NCBI GenBank assembly: GCA_037441765.1
Contig: JBBIRM010000005.1
Coordinates: 1,520-55,189, forward strand
Direction: 5' to 3'
Length of the DNA: 53,670 nucleotides
Origin: Deltaproteobacteria bacterium
Lineage (GTDB): Bacteria > Desulfobacterota > BSN033 > UBA1163
Shown: in pieces, positions 1 through 8,496 of the stretch
Numbering within the stretch: position 1 is the stretch's first letter
Layout of the letters: every line of letters begins with the position of its first letter
The notes under the pieces: generated by a model
What the model was told of the DNA's origin: nothing
Databases searched by the model: none
Seen by the model: only the letters and a program-made list of their open reading frames with translations
Position numbers and translations under genes: made by a program

Positions 1-306
1 CAACGGAAGGTGGAGGATTTTGAAAGAGAATTCCAAAGACGCACAGGGATTAACCTCCAATTTAGCGAGGAGGCTATTAATCGGATTACAGAACTCCTAT
101 TGAATGAAGAAGGAAAGGAGAAAGCGCTCTTCTCAAGGCTCTCGAAGGATTATGAATACGGATTTGAATTGATCAGGGAGAAAACGGGTCAGAGGGAATT
201 CGTCATCACCCGAGAGGCGGTCGATGACCCGGAGGGTTATTTAGATAGGACCATCCGAGACATCTACCGGCGGCAATCCAGTCAAAAGTTTGAGGATAAG
301 GAGTAA
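1..306 (+). CDS. C-terminal fragment of an AAA+ (ClpX/HslU-like) ATPase; 5' end lies outside the window
   Basis: Frame 1 is open from the window edge to TAA at 304-306. The tail ([18 protein letters not shown] ... [10 protein letters not shown]) resembles the C-terminal lid of Clp/Hsl-type unfoldases. Its stop overlaps the next start (TAATG). Confidence 0.35.
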   Translation, partial: QRKVEDFEREFQRRTGINLQFSEEAINRITELLLNEEGKEKALFSRLSKDYEYGFELIREKTGQREFVITREAVDDPEGYLDRTIRDIYRRQSSQKFEDKE

Positions 307-1220
307 TGGCAGGGAAAGACTATTACAGCATCTTAGGTGTGAGTAAAAATGCAAGTGAAGAGGAGATTAAGCGGGCCTATCGAAAGCTTGCCATGAAATA
401 TCACCCCGACCGAAACCCCAATAAGAAAGAGGCCGAGGAGCGCTTCAAAGAGATCAATGAAGCCTATGCAGTTCTGAGCGACAAGGAGAAAAGAAAACAA
501 TACGATACCTTTGGGGCCGAGGGCTTCCATCAACGATTTACTCAAGAAGACATTTTCCGAGGTTTTGATCTGGATGAAATCTTATCCAGCCTCTTTGGGG
601 GAGGCAGGAGGGAGTTTCGCTTCGGTGGGAGGAGCGGTTTTGATTTTGGAGACTTCTTTGGGGGCCAAACCTTCTATAAAGATATGGGCCGAATGCCCCA
701 GAAGGGCGAGGATATCATTTATGAATTGCCCATCACCATTGAGGAGGTAGCCTTTGGAGGGGAAAAGAGAGTCTCTTATCGGAAGGATGGAAAGATAGAA
801 GAAGTCTCTGTAAAAATTCCAAAGGGTATATCTGATGGCAAGAAATTGAGACTGGCGGGAAAGGGAATGGAGGGTAAAAACGGGGGTCCCCCAGGAGACC
901 TCTACCTCCAAGTCTCGATTCAGGAACATCCTATATATATTCGGGAGGGGGATGATCTCATTGTCGAGAAGGAGATCAAATTTTCAGAGGCCATCTTAGG
1001 GACAACCCTGGAGGTTCCTACCCTGGAAGGGATTAAGAAAGTGAAAATTCCCCCTGGTACACAGAGCCATACCAAGATGAGGCTTAAAGGCCTTGGCCTT
1101 CCACATTTCCAGAGGGAGGGGCGGGGAGATGAATTTGTAAAAGTCATAATTAAAGTTCCTAAGAAAGTGACTGAGAAGGCTAAAAGATTGATTCAAGAAC
1201 TTGCTGAGGAAGGTCTCTAA
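306..1220 (+). CDS. cbpA: J-domain co-chaperone, class II DnaJ/CbpA type (no zinc-finger domain)
   Basis: J domain with KDYYSILGV ... KYHPDRNP, then a Gly/Phe-rich linker ([24 protein letters not shown]) and C-terminal DnaJ-type substrate-binding domains. No CxxCxGxG repeats; 304 aa. Confidence 0.8.
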   Translation: MAGKDYYSILGVSKNASEEEIKRAYRKLAMKYHPDRNPNKKEAEERFKEINEAYAVLSDKEKRKQYDTFGAEGFHQRFTQEDIFRGFDLDEILSSLFGGGRREFRFGGRSGFDFGDFFGGQTFYKDMGRMPQKGEDIIYELPITIEEVAFGGEKRVSYRKDGKIEEVSVKIPKGISDGKKLRLAGKGMEGKNGGPPGDLYLQVSIQEHPIYIREGDDLIVEKEIKFSEAILGTTLEVPTLEGIKKVKIPPGTQSHTKMRLKGLGLPHFQREGRGDEFVKVIIKVPKKVTEKAKRLIQELAEEGL

Positions 1221-1300
1221 ATGAGAGAACCAAATCACTGACCCTTCTATTTAATAAAATTCTCAATATACCTTCCACCTTTTCGAACCCCCAACTTTAG

Positions 1301-1329
1301 TTGACATTTCATTATTTCTAAGGTAGAAA
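1301..1329 (+). promoter_or_regulatory. Candidate sigma70-type promoter for the Lon-like protease gene
   Basis: TTGACA (1301-1306), a 17-nt spacer, then TAGAAA (1324-1329), about 50 nt upstream of the ATG at 1379. Confidence 0.35.
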
Positions 1330-1378
1330 ATTAAAAAATAAAATTAAATTTTTATACTTTAGCGAGAGGGAGATTATC

Positions 1379-3862
1379 ATGGATAGGGTATTTGAAGAAG
1401 TTCCAGTAGAAAAATTGAGGTGGCGCTGTGACCCAAATAAAATTCCTTTTGAGACCACTGATGACATTAAACCTTGCCAGGAGATCATTGGCCAAGAAAG
1501 GGCACTGGAGGCAATCCGTGTGGGGCTGGATATCCACAGTATCGGATATAATATCTTTGTAACAGGTCTGGCAGGAACAGGCCGTTTCACCACCATTAAA
1601 CGAGTCCTCGAGGAAATGGATGTGAAAGGAAAGATTCCCAACGACATCTGTTATGTGAACAATTTTAAGAATCCTGATATGCCCCATATGTTAATCCTCC
1701 CCGCAGGACAAGGTATCGCTTTTAAGAAAGAGATGGAGAATCTGATCGAAACATTGAAGAAAAAAATACCTCTCATTTTTGAAAACGAGACCTATCTGGA
1801 TAAGAAAAAAGAGGTGTTGGAGAGATATCGGACCAGGCAGGCCGAGATATTTAGAGATTTTGAAAGAAAGGTAAACAGGGAAGGATTTGCATTGGTTCAG
1901 GTCCAGATGGGGCCCTATTCAAGGCCGGGGATATTCCCTGTTCTGGAGGGAAATCCAGTCAACATCGAACAACTTGAGTCGATGGCCGAAGAGGATAAGT
2001 TTTCCAAAGAAGATCTTGAAAGGTTGAAGACGAAGCAGGCCGAACTGATAAACGAGTTAGAAAACATCTTCAAGGAGACGAGGAAGGCGGAAAAGGAGAT
2101 CAAGGAGGAACTTACCGCCCTGGACAACGAGGTAATCTCACCTGTGGTGAAGGATTCGATTTCCGATATTAAAGAGAAGTTTAATAGTGAAAAAGTGGGA
2201 AGCTATTTAGAGGAGGTCGAGGAGCATATTTTAGCCAACCTTTCACGTTTTAGAGAAAAAGAGGAGCCGATAGCCCCTCCCCTTCCAGGATTGATGCTAC
2301 CCCAGCCTGTGGATACATTCAGCGAATACCAGGTCAACGTCCTTGTGGACAATTCAGAAACTAAAGGGGCCCCTATCATTGTTGAGACCACCCCAAACTA
2401 TAGAAATCTTTTTGGCACAATTGAGAGGGTGTTGGATCGTTCTGGAGTCTGGAGGACAGATTTCATGCATATCAAGGCAGGCTCATTTTTAAGGGCAAAT
2501 GGTGGCTACTTAATATTTAATGCCCTGGATGCCCTTACCGAGCCATGGGTATGGCCTGCCTTGAAGAGGACATTGAAAAATCAGGTGATTGAAATTCAGA
2601 CCTATGATCCTTTCTACTTCTTTTCTACCTCTGCCCTAAAACCTGAGCCCATTGAATGCAATACCAAGGTGATCATGATTGGGGATGCCCAACTCTATTA
2701 CCTCCTTTACAATCTGGATGATGATTTTAAGAAGATCTTTAAGATCAAGGCGGATTTTGATTCGGTGACGAACCGGGACGATGAAAAAATTTACCAATAT
2801 GCCTCCTTCATCAAAAAGATCTGTGATGAGGATAAGTTGAGGCCCTTTGACCGTACAGGGATCGCTGCGGTAGTGGAATATGGGGTTAAATTGACAGGTA
2901 GACAGAAGAAGTTATCAACACGCTTTCACCTCATTGCCGACCTTTTGAGGGAGGCAAACTATTGGGCAGAAAAAGATGGAAGCGATGTGGTGAAGGAAGA
3001 GCATGTCGATAAGGCAATCGAAAAAAAGATATACAGAGTCAACCGTATCGAAGAGAAGATACAGGAGATGATTGAGGAGGGGACGATCCTGATCGATTCA
3101 GATGGAATGGTGGTAGGGCAGGTCAACGGTCTCTCCATTTACAAATTATGTGATTATATGTTTGGCAAACCCTGTCGGATTACTTCAAAAACTTCACTGG
3201 GAAAAGCCGGGATTATCAATATCGAGAGAGAAGCGGAGTTGAGTGGGCCCATCCATAACAAAGGGGTCTATATCCTCGCTGGATATTTACGGGGGAAATA
3301 TGCCCAGGATAAACCCATCACGATGAGCGCCAGTCTCTGTTTCGAACAATCCTACAGTGGGGTAGAGGGCGATAGCGCCTCCTCAACAGAAATTTATGCA
3401 TTGCTTTCCAGCCTCTCCGGACTCCCACTCCGTCAGGATATTGCGGTTACGGGTTCTGTCAACCAAAAAGGAGAGATTCAACCCATAGGTGGCGTGAATG
3501 AAAAGATTGAAGGATTCTTCGATGTCTGTAAGGCCAAGGGGTTGACGGGAAGGCAAGGTGTGATGATCCCCCACCTCAATGTAGATGATTTGATGTTAAG
3601 GAAGGATGTCGTTCAAGCGGTGAAGGAAGGAAAATTTCACATCTATCCTGTTCGGACGATCGATCAGGGGATTGAAATCCTTACAGGGGTAGAGGCAGGT
3701 GAAAGGATGGAGGATGGACGATTTAAAGAAGGAACGGTCAATGACCTGGCGGATAAGAAACTCCGAGAACTGGGAATGAAGATCAGAGAATTTGAAGGAG
3801 GAGAGGAAGGGCCTAAAGAGGAGAGAAAGAAGAGGGGGAGAAAACCCACCTGTGATGGATAG
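1379..3862 (+). CDS. Lon-like serine protease with an N-terminal AAA-like domain (LonB/YcbZ-like family)
   Basis: C-terminal Lon proteolytic domain in Ser-Lys dyad context (SYSGVEGDSASSTE ... GGVNEKIEGFF). P-loop-like GLAGTGRFT has Arg where the Walker A Lys is expected. SD GGGAG lies 6 nt before the ATG; 827 aa. Confidence 0.8.
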   Translation: MDRVFEEVPVEKLRWRCDPNKIPFETTDDIKPCQEIIGQERALEAIRVGLDIHSIGYNIFVTGLAGTGRFTTIKRVLEEMDVKGKIPNDICYVNNFKNPDMPHMLILPAGQGIAFKKEMENLIETLKKKIPLIFENETYLDKKKEVLERYRTRQAEIFRDFERKVNREGFALVQVQMGPYSRPGIFPVLEGNPVNIEQLESMAEEDKFSKEDLERLKTKQAELINELENIFKETRKAEKEIKEELTALDNEVISPVVKDSISDIKEKFNSEKVGSYLEEVEEHILANLSRFREKEEPIAPPLPGLMLPQPVDTFSEYQVNVLVDNSETKGAPIIVETTPNYRNLFGTIERVLDRSGVWRTDFMHIKAGSFLRANGGYLIFNALDALTEPWVWPALKRTLKNQVIEIQTYDPFYFFSTSALKPEPIECNTKVIMIGDAQLYYLLYNLDDDFKKIFKIKADFDSVTNRDDEKIYQYASFIKKICDEDKLRPFDRTGIAAVVEYGVKLTGRQKKLSTRFHLIADLLREANYWAEKDGSDVVKEEHVDKAIEKKIYRVNRIEEKIQEMIEEGTILIDSDGMVVGQVNGLSIYKLCDYMFGKPCRITSKTSLGKAGIINIEREAELSGPIHNKGVYILAGYLRGKYAQDKPITMSASLCFEQSYSGVEGDSASSTEIYALLSSLSGLPLRQDIAVTGSVNQKGEIQPIGGVNEKIEGFFDVCKAKGLTGRQGVMIPHLNVDDLMLRKDVVQAVKEGKFHIYPVRTIDQGIEILTGVEAGERMEDGRFKEGTVNDLADKKLRELGMKIREFEGGEEGPKEERKKRGRKPTCDG

Positions 3863-4607
3863 AATCGTTATCGACCACCCGATTGAGGTCAACCAGGAAG
3901 TTTTAATTAAGGGGCCTCTTTTAGAGGCCCTTCGTTTTCAAAGGGCAAGAGTTGGAAGTATCATCACCCTCACGAATTCGGACCGGAGGGATTTTAGGGG
4001 AAGAATACTTAGAATTACAGAAGAAGAGGCTTCTGTCCTCGTCTTTGAATCTTTTAATAATCCTATAGAATCTCCCTTAGAGATTGTCCTCCTTCAAGCC
4101 CTCCCGCAGAAGGAACGGATGGAATGGATCATCCAAAAGGCTACGGAGCTTGGTGTTTCGACCATTGTCCCTTTTAAATCTGAAAGGTCAATCTCTTTAG
4201 AGGAGAGGGAGGCAAAGCAGAGAAAGGCTCACCGTTGGCAAGATATTGCTCTGAAGGCGACCCAGCAATCGCGAAGGGCAAGGATTCCTAAGGTGGCCTC
4301 CTATTGTTCATATCAAGAGGCTTTAAATTGGGCTGAAAAAGAGGAGTTAAAGATTCTTCTCTGGGAGAAGGAAGGTGAAAGCCTTAAAGAGGTCTTAAAA
4401 AAAGAGAGAGAGGGTCTTAAAAAAGGACAGCCCAAAAGGACAATTGTGCTTGTTGGCCCTGAGGGAGGGTTTACTAAAAACGAAGTAGAGTTGGCTAAAA
4501 CCAGAGGTTTTATCCCAATCAAACTGGGCCAAAGAATCTTGAGGACGGAGACCGCGGCCATCCTCATCGTTGGAATTCTTCAATACGAATTAGGAGACCT
4601 CGCCTAA
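3855..4607 (+). CDS. rsmE: 16S rRNA (uracil1498-N3)-methyltransferase RsmE
   Basis: SPOUT-family motifs (LLQALPQKERMEWIIQKATELGV, VGPEGGFT, LGQRILRTETAA). I place the start at ATG 3855, overlapping the lon-like stop. The longer track ORF from 3792 would run through the lon-like 3' end. Confidence 0.8.
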   Translation: MDRIVIDHPIEVNQEVLIKGPLLEALRFQRARVGSIITLTNSDRRDFRGRILRITEEEASVLVFESFNNPIESPLEIVLLQALPQKERMEWIIQKATELGVSTIVPFKSERSISLEEREAKQRKAHRWQDIALKATQQSRRARIPKVASYCSYQEALNWAEKEELKILLWEKEGESLKEVLKKEREGLKKGQPKRTIVLVGPEGGFTKNEVELAKTRGFIPIKLGQRILRTETAAILIVGILQYELGDLA

Positions 4608-4771
4608 TTTCTTAACCCTCAGCATGGTAACCAATAAATCAAAAATAGGTCAAAGGGTCATCGTCATTTCATTTTTTAAAGCCCTGTTTGTGTATTTTGT
4701 TGGCTTGGGTGATAGGAGGTGATGATAGGCGCATTGAATTGTTTTTTTCCTCCATGCTATTTTTGAAAAAG

Positions 4772-6055
4772 ATGAGAAAATTCCAAGTCAATATTGAATC
4801 TGTTGCCTTTAGGGGTTATGGGGTGGCTCGCATTCATGGGAAGGTGGTTTTTATCCCACATACCGTGACTGGTGACCGTGTATGGATCGAAATAACAGAA
4901 GAAAAAAAGACCTACTCGAAAGGGAGGTTAATCAATATTATTGATCCATCCCCCTGGAGGGTAAGCCCACAATGCCCATCGTTTGGGGTTTGTGGTGGCT
5001 GTCACTGGCAACATATTGACTATTTAAATCAATGTAACATCAAGAGGAAAATTTTAGAAGATCTCCTCAAAAGAATTGGAGGGCTTAATGAAATTACTTC
5101 CCATTCGGTCATCCCCTCTGTTCAACCCTATGGATATCGGGTTAGAGTCCAACTGAAGGCAAGGGGAAAAAGACTGGGTTATTTTCAGGAGAAGTCACAT
5201 CATGTCGTAGACATCCAGACTTGCCCAATCGCCCATCCTTTAATAAATCAACTGCTCTCATTGATTAGAAAAAGTTTCCTCCCATTCACTCAAACAGAAG
5301 GAATAGAAATCCATGTCTCCCCAGATGAGAACAAAGGAGTCATCCTCCTTCCCTATATCTCCTTCAATCAAGAGAGCGAAAAATTCTTTGAGGAAATTTT
5401 AAAAAACCATCCCATCTTCAAAGGGATAGCAATTGGCCAAAAAGAAGGAGCAATCCTTCTGGGTGATCCAAGCCTAAACTTTAAAATCCCTTTGAATTTA
5501 GGAGAAGAAGAAAGAACACTTAATATCAGAGTCTCTCCTGGGAGTTTTTCTCAGGTCAACCCGATGCAGAATCGAAGGTTAATTCAAACCATTCTACAAT
5601 GGATGGAAGTTGATAAAATCGAAAGGGCATTGGATCTCTACTGTGGGATCGGAAATTTAACCCTCCCCATTGGAGCGAAGGGTGTAAAGAGGGTTTGGGG
5701 TATCGAGGAGAATCAAATGGCGATTCAGGATGCGAGGTTTAATGCAGAAAGCAATGGAATAAGAAATTTCAAATTTATTCAGGGAAAGGTGGAAGATGTA
5801 TTAAAGAGTTGGAAAAGAGTAGATTTCGACCTCATTTTACTCGATCCTCCAAGAATGGGTTGTAAAGCGATCTTAGACCATTTGGTTGCTTTAAAACCCC
5901 AAAGACTGATATATGTCTCTTGTGAACCCACCACTTTTGCCAGGGATCTTCGACTTCTGACTAAAAGTGGGTACTCCCTTCAAAGGCTGGAACTCATAGA
6001 TATGTTTCCACAGACCTACCATATGGAAGTAATAGGACTTCTGGAGCCGAAATAA
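4772..6055 (+). CDS. rlmD: 23S rRNA (uracil-5-)-methyltransferase, RlmD/RumA family (TRAM + SAM methyltransferase)
   Basis: TRAM-like N-terminus (VESVAFRGYGVARIHGKVVFIPHTVTGDRVWIEI), a RumA-type Cys cluster (CPSFGVCGGCHWQH ... C), SAM-binding LDLYCGIGNLTLP and a catalytic YVSCEP. The start is uncertain (ATG 4772 or 4754); the track start at 4688 is a TTG extension. Confidence 0.8.
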   Translation: MRKFQVNIESVAFRGYGVARIHGKVVFIPHTVTGDRVWIEITEEKKTYSKGRLINIIDPSPWRVSPQCPSFGVCGGCHWQHIDYLNQCNIKRKILEDLLKRIGGLNEITSHSVIPSVQPYGYRVRVQLKARGKRLGYFQEKSHHVVDIQTCPIAHPLINQLLSLIRKSFLPFTQTEGIEIHVSPDENKGVILLPYISFNQESEKFFEEILKNHPIFKGIAIGQKEGAILLGDPSLNFKIPLNLGEEERTLNIRVSPGSFSQVNPMQNRRLIQTILQWMEVDKIERALDLYCGIGNLTLPIGAKGVKRVWGIEENQMAIQDARFNAESNGIRNFKFIQGKVEDVLKSWKRVDFDLILLDPPRMGCKAILDHLVALKPQRLIYVSCEPTTFARDLRLLTKSGYSLQRLELIDMFPQTYHMEVIGLLEPK

Positions 6056-6124
6056 AGGGTTCAAATGGTCTTGGAGTCAAGGGGTTAAGTGCTTAGTGGA
6101 AATCTTGGAGCCAAGCTTTAGAAG

Positions 6125-6159
6125 ATAAGACTCGAACCCTTGACCTCTCGAATCCTTTA
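6125..6159 (-). repeat. Short dispersed intergenic repeat, copy 1 (3' of hisG)
   Basis: ATAAGACTCGAACCCTTGACCTCTCGAATCCTTTA matches 13899-13933 at roughly 30 of 36 aligned positions (hand alignment). Both copies lie 3' of minus-strand genes in the same orientation. Confidence 0.45.
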
Positions 6160-6184
6160 ATCCCAAATCTTGCTTTGATGGGGG

Positions 6185-7057
6185 TCAGATGACTTTATTG
6201 AGCGGGTATTCAATGATCCCGACCGCCCCCCGTTTTAGAAGTTGTGGGATCAATTCTCTGACCACTTTTTCGGAAACCATCACCTCTACAGCAAACCAAT
6301 CGCTCTGAAAAAGATTCGAGATGGTGGGAGCAGTGATACTGGGAAGGATCTCGATGACGCTCTTAAGGTCATTTGCTGAAACATTCATTTTCAAACCAAC
6401 CATCCCTTCAGCTCGAAGGGCACCCTGGAGGAGAAGAGAGATCTGCTCAATCTTATCCCTCTTCCACGGATCTTGGTAAGACTGTCGGTTGGCAATCAGT
6501 TGAGTGTTGGTCTGCATCAATTCTTCAACAATCCGGAGGCCATTGGCCCTCAAGGTGCTTCCTGTCTCTGTCACTTCCACGATCGCATCACATAACCCTT
6601 CAATCACTTTTCCTTCAGTCGCTCCCCACGAAAACTCTACGTCCACCTTAATCTTCCGGTCAGCAAAATATCGTCTGGTGAAATTAACCAGTTCAGTGAA
6701 GATCTTCTTCCCTTCTAAATCTTTTATGGTCCTAATAGGTGAATCCTCTGCCACCACCAAAACCCATCGTGCAGGGGCAGCGGTGGTTTTGGAGTAGATT
6801 AGGTCTTGAACAACAATGACATCCGAACCATTTTCCAAAACCCAATCCTTCCCAGTGAGCCCTATATCTAATGTCCCCATCTCTACAAATCTCGACATCT
6901 CCTGGGCTCGAACTAAAGTACAGCGAATCTCATCATCATCCACCGAAGGGAAATAACTTCTTCCACTGACTGAAATTTTCCATCCCGACTTCCTAAAAAG
7001 TTCAATCGTAGCACTTTCCAAACTTCCCTTTGGAATTCCAACTTTCAGAATTTTCAC
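6185..7057 (-). CDS. hisG: ATP phosphoribosyltransferase, long form
   Basis: 290 aa with a HisG fold and the C-terminal regulatory domain ([13 protein letters not shown] ... [10 protein letters not shown] ...). Its start overlaps the hisI stop by 4 nt. Confidence 0.9.
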   Translation of the reverse strand: MKILKVGIPKGSLESATIELFRKSGWKISVSGRSYFPSVDDDEIRCTLVRAQEMSRFVEMGTLDIGLTGKDWVLENGSDVIVVQDLIYSKTTAAPARWVLVVAEDSPIRTIKDLEGKKIFTELVNFTRRYFADRKIKVDVEFSWGATEGKVIEGLCDAIVEVTETGSTLRANGLRIVEELMQTNTQLIANRQSYQDPWKRDKIEQISLLLQGALRAEGMVGLKMNVSANDLKSVIEILPSITAPTISNLFQSDWFAVEVMVSEKVVRELIPQLLKRGAVGIIEYPLNKVI

Positions 7058-7431
7058 GGTTTATATACCTCCTTTGGATTAAATATCTTTTTCCCAGAAA
7101 TTATCCATCTCCCCTTCTCATACTTATGGTGGAAACAACTCCGATACCCTGTATGGCAGGAAGCTCCTCCGATCTGGTCAACTTTAAGCAGAAGGGTATC
7201 CCCATCACAATCGATGTAGATTTCTTTGACTTCCTGAAAATGGCCAGAGGTCTCCCCCTTCAGCCAGAGTTTATTGCGAGATCTTGACCAGAAGGTGGCC
7301 TTCTTTTCCCTAAGTGTCTTTCTCCATGCCTCTCGGTTCATATACCCCATCATGAGGACCTCATTGGTCGAGGCATCCTGAATGATGACCGGGACAAGTC
7401 CTTTCCCTTTCTTAAAATCGATCTTAACCAC
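7054..7431 (-). CDS. hisI: Phosphoribosyl-AMP cyclohydrolase
   Basis: GLVPVIIQD ... MMGYMNREA ... FWSRSR ... [10 protein letters not shown] ... IDCDGD ... CHTG are HisI signatures; 125 aa, monofunctional. Confidence 0.9.
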   Translation of the reverse strand: MVKIDFKKGKGLVPVIIQDASTNEVLMMGYMNREAWRKTLREKKATFWSRSRNKLWLKGETSGHFQEVKEIYIDCDGDTLLLKVDQIGGASCHTGYRSCFHHKYEKGRWIISGKKIFNPKEVYKP

Positions 7432-7490
7432 GGTTCCTCCCCTTCAAGTTGCAGATTTCGGAATGCATTTTGAATTAAATCCCACAACCA

Positions 7491-8297
7491 TCAATCCGTC
7501 ACACGCAATTGTAAAAGTCTGGCCATTTGGGCTGCATTCTTGGCGGCAGACCCTGCATGGCAATTATTAAAAAAGACTAGGGTCTTTACAGTGCTTTTTG
7601 AAATATCCTTAATATCTGAAATAAACTCCTTTAGCTCCTTTTCACTATATAAATAATCATACCTTACTGAAGTGGGAACGTTAAACCAGTTCGGATTTCT
7701 TCCATGAAATCGAAAGTATCCGATCTCAGAAGTGGCCTTTGGAAGGTAGGGCATCAATTTAGGCAATTTCGGCTCATCAACTACACAAAACCCTATCCCA
7801 TTTTTTTCTAAAAACTGGAAGGTTTGGTCTTTTAACCATATCTTATTCCGAAATTCAAAGACTAAAGGGATATCGGCCATCTCTTCTCGAAATCGTTCGA
7901 GATAGTCAAGATTTGACCTGTTCGGGAAGAACCCATAGGGAAATTGGGCCAGCACGCAGGCAAGTTTCCCTTCATCGATTAAGGGGGTTAGGCTATATTT
8001 AAACTTTTTAAATATCTCCTTATTATCTAAAATCTCCCCTGTCTCCTTGTCCCGTATCTCATGGGTCATCCCTTTAAAAGATTTCACGACAAACTCAAAA
8101 TCCTTGGAGGTTTTTTTTGACATTGCCGAAAAACTCTTCTGAGAAGGGAGGGTATAATAGGTGAAATTAACCTCCAGGGCATTAAATCCCAATTCCCTCT
8201 CATAAAAAGAGAGCATATCCCTTTCTCGAATACCAATTGGGTAGATTGTCCCTTTCCAATCTAAAAAGGAGAACCCACTTGTTCCGATCTTAATCAT
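7491..8297 (-). CDS. DUF72 family protein
   Basis: MIKIGTSGFSF ... WKGTIYP is a typical DUF72 N-terminus. I place the start at ATG 8297; the track ORF extends 23 codons further upstream without homology-like sequence. Confidence 0.7.
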   Translation of the reverse strand: MIKIGTSGFSFLDWKGTIYPIGIRERDMLSFYERELGFNALEVNFTYYTLPSQKSFSAMSKKTSKDFEFVVKSFKGMTHEIRDKETGEILDNKEIFKKFKYSLTPLIDEGKLACVLAQFPYGFFPNRSNLDYLERFREEMADIPLVFEFRNKIWLKDQTFQFLEKNGIGFCVVDEPKLPKLMPYLPKATSEIGYFRFHGRNPNWFNVPTSVRYDYLYSEKELKEFISDIKDISKSTVKTLVFFNNCHAGSAAKNAAQMARLLQLRVTD

Positions 8298-8496
8298 ATT
8301 AAAATAGAAGCATCTTGATAAAACATCTAATTTAATAAAAATAGACGAATTGTAACCTGTTGTCAATCTCTGGTCGAGCCTCTGCTCAGTCCATCACACC
8401 CAAAGTGAGAAAAGAAGGATTGACCTTCCTCCATATTTTCCCTTGAGTCCTGAAAAGGATTGGCCTATATTTATAACCATGGGCAGGAGGATTAAA

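Noticed and set aside
333-1238. Multiple 60-130-aa ORFs antisense to, or out of frame with, long genes throughout the track (for example 333-545, 582-929, 920-1147 and 996-1238, and similar ones inside every large gene).
   Set aside because: They are entirely nested in longer ORFs with clear homology-type motifs. They also have low-complexity or Ser/Pro/Leu-rich translations typical of non-coding frames.
6056-6184. tRNA-like sequence (GGTTCGAGTC and GGATTCGAG T-loop-like motifs) in the rlmD/hisG convergent gap.
   Set aside because: I could not build a T-stem of more than 3 bp, nor an acceptor stem or anticodon arm. I treat it as a short repeat instead.
8443-8496. N-terminal extensions in the ORF track: 8443 for GH13, 4688 for rlmD, 8366 for DUF72, 27230 for the FeS subunit, 13790 for lexA, 24065 for citrate synthase and 3792 for rsmE.
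   Set aside because: They start at TTG/GTG or lack an SD, add sequence with no family resemblance, or overlap the upstream gene or operator. Internal ATGs with SDs give N-termini typical for each family.
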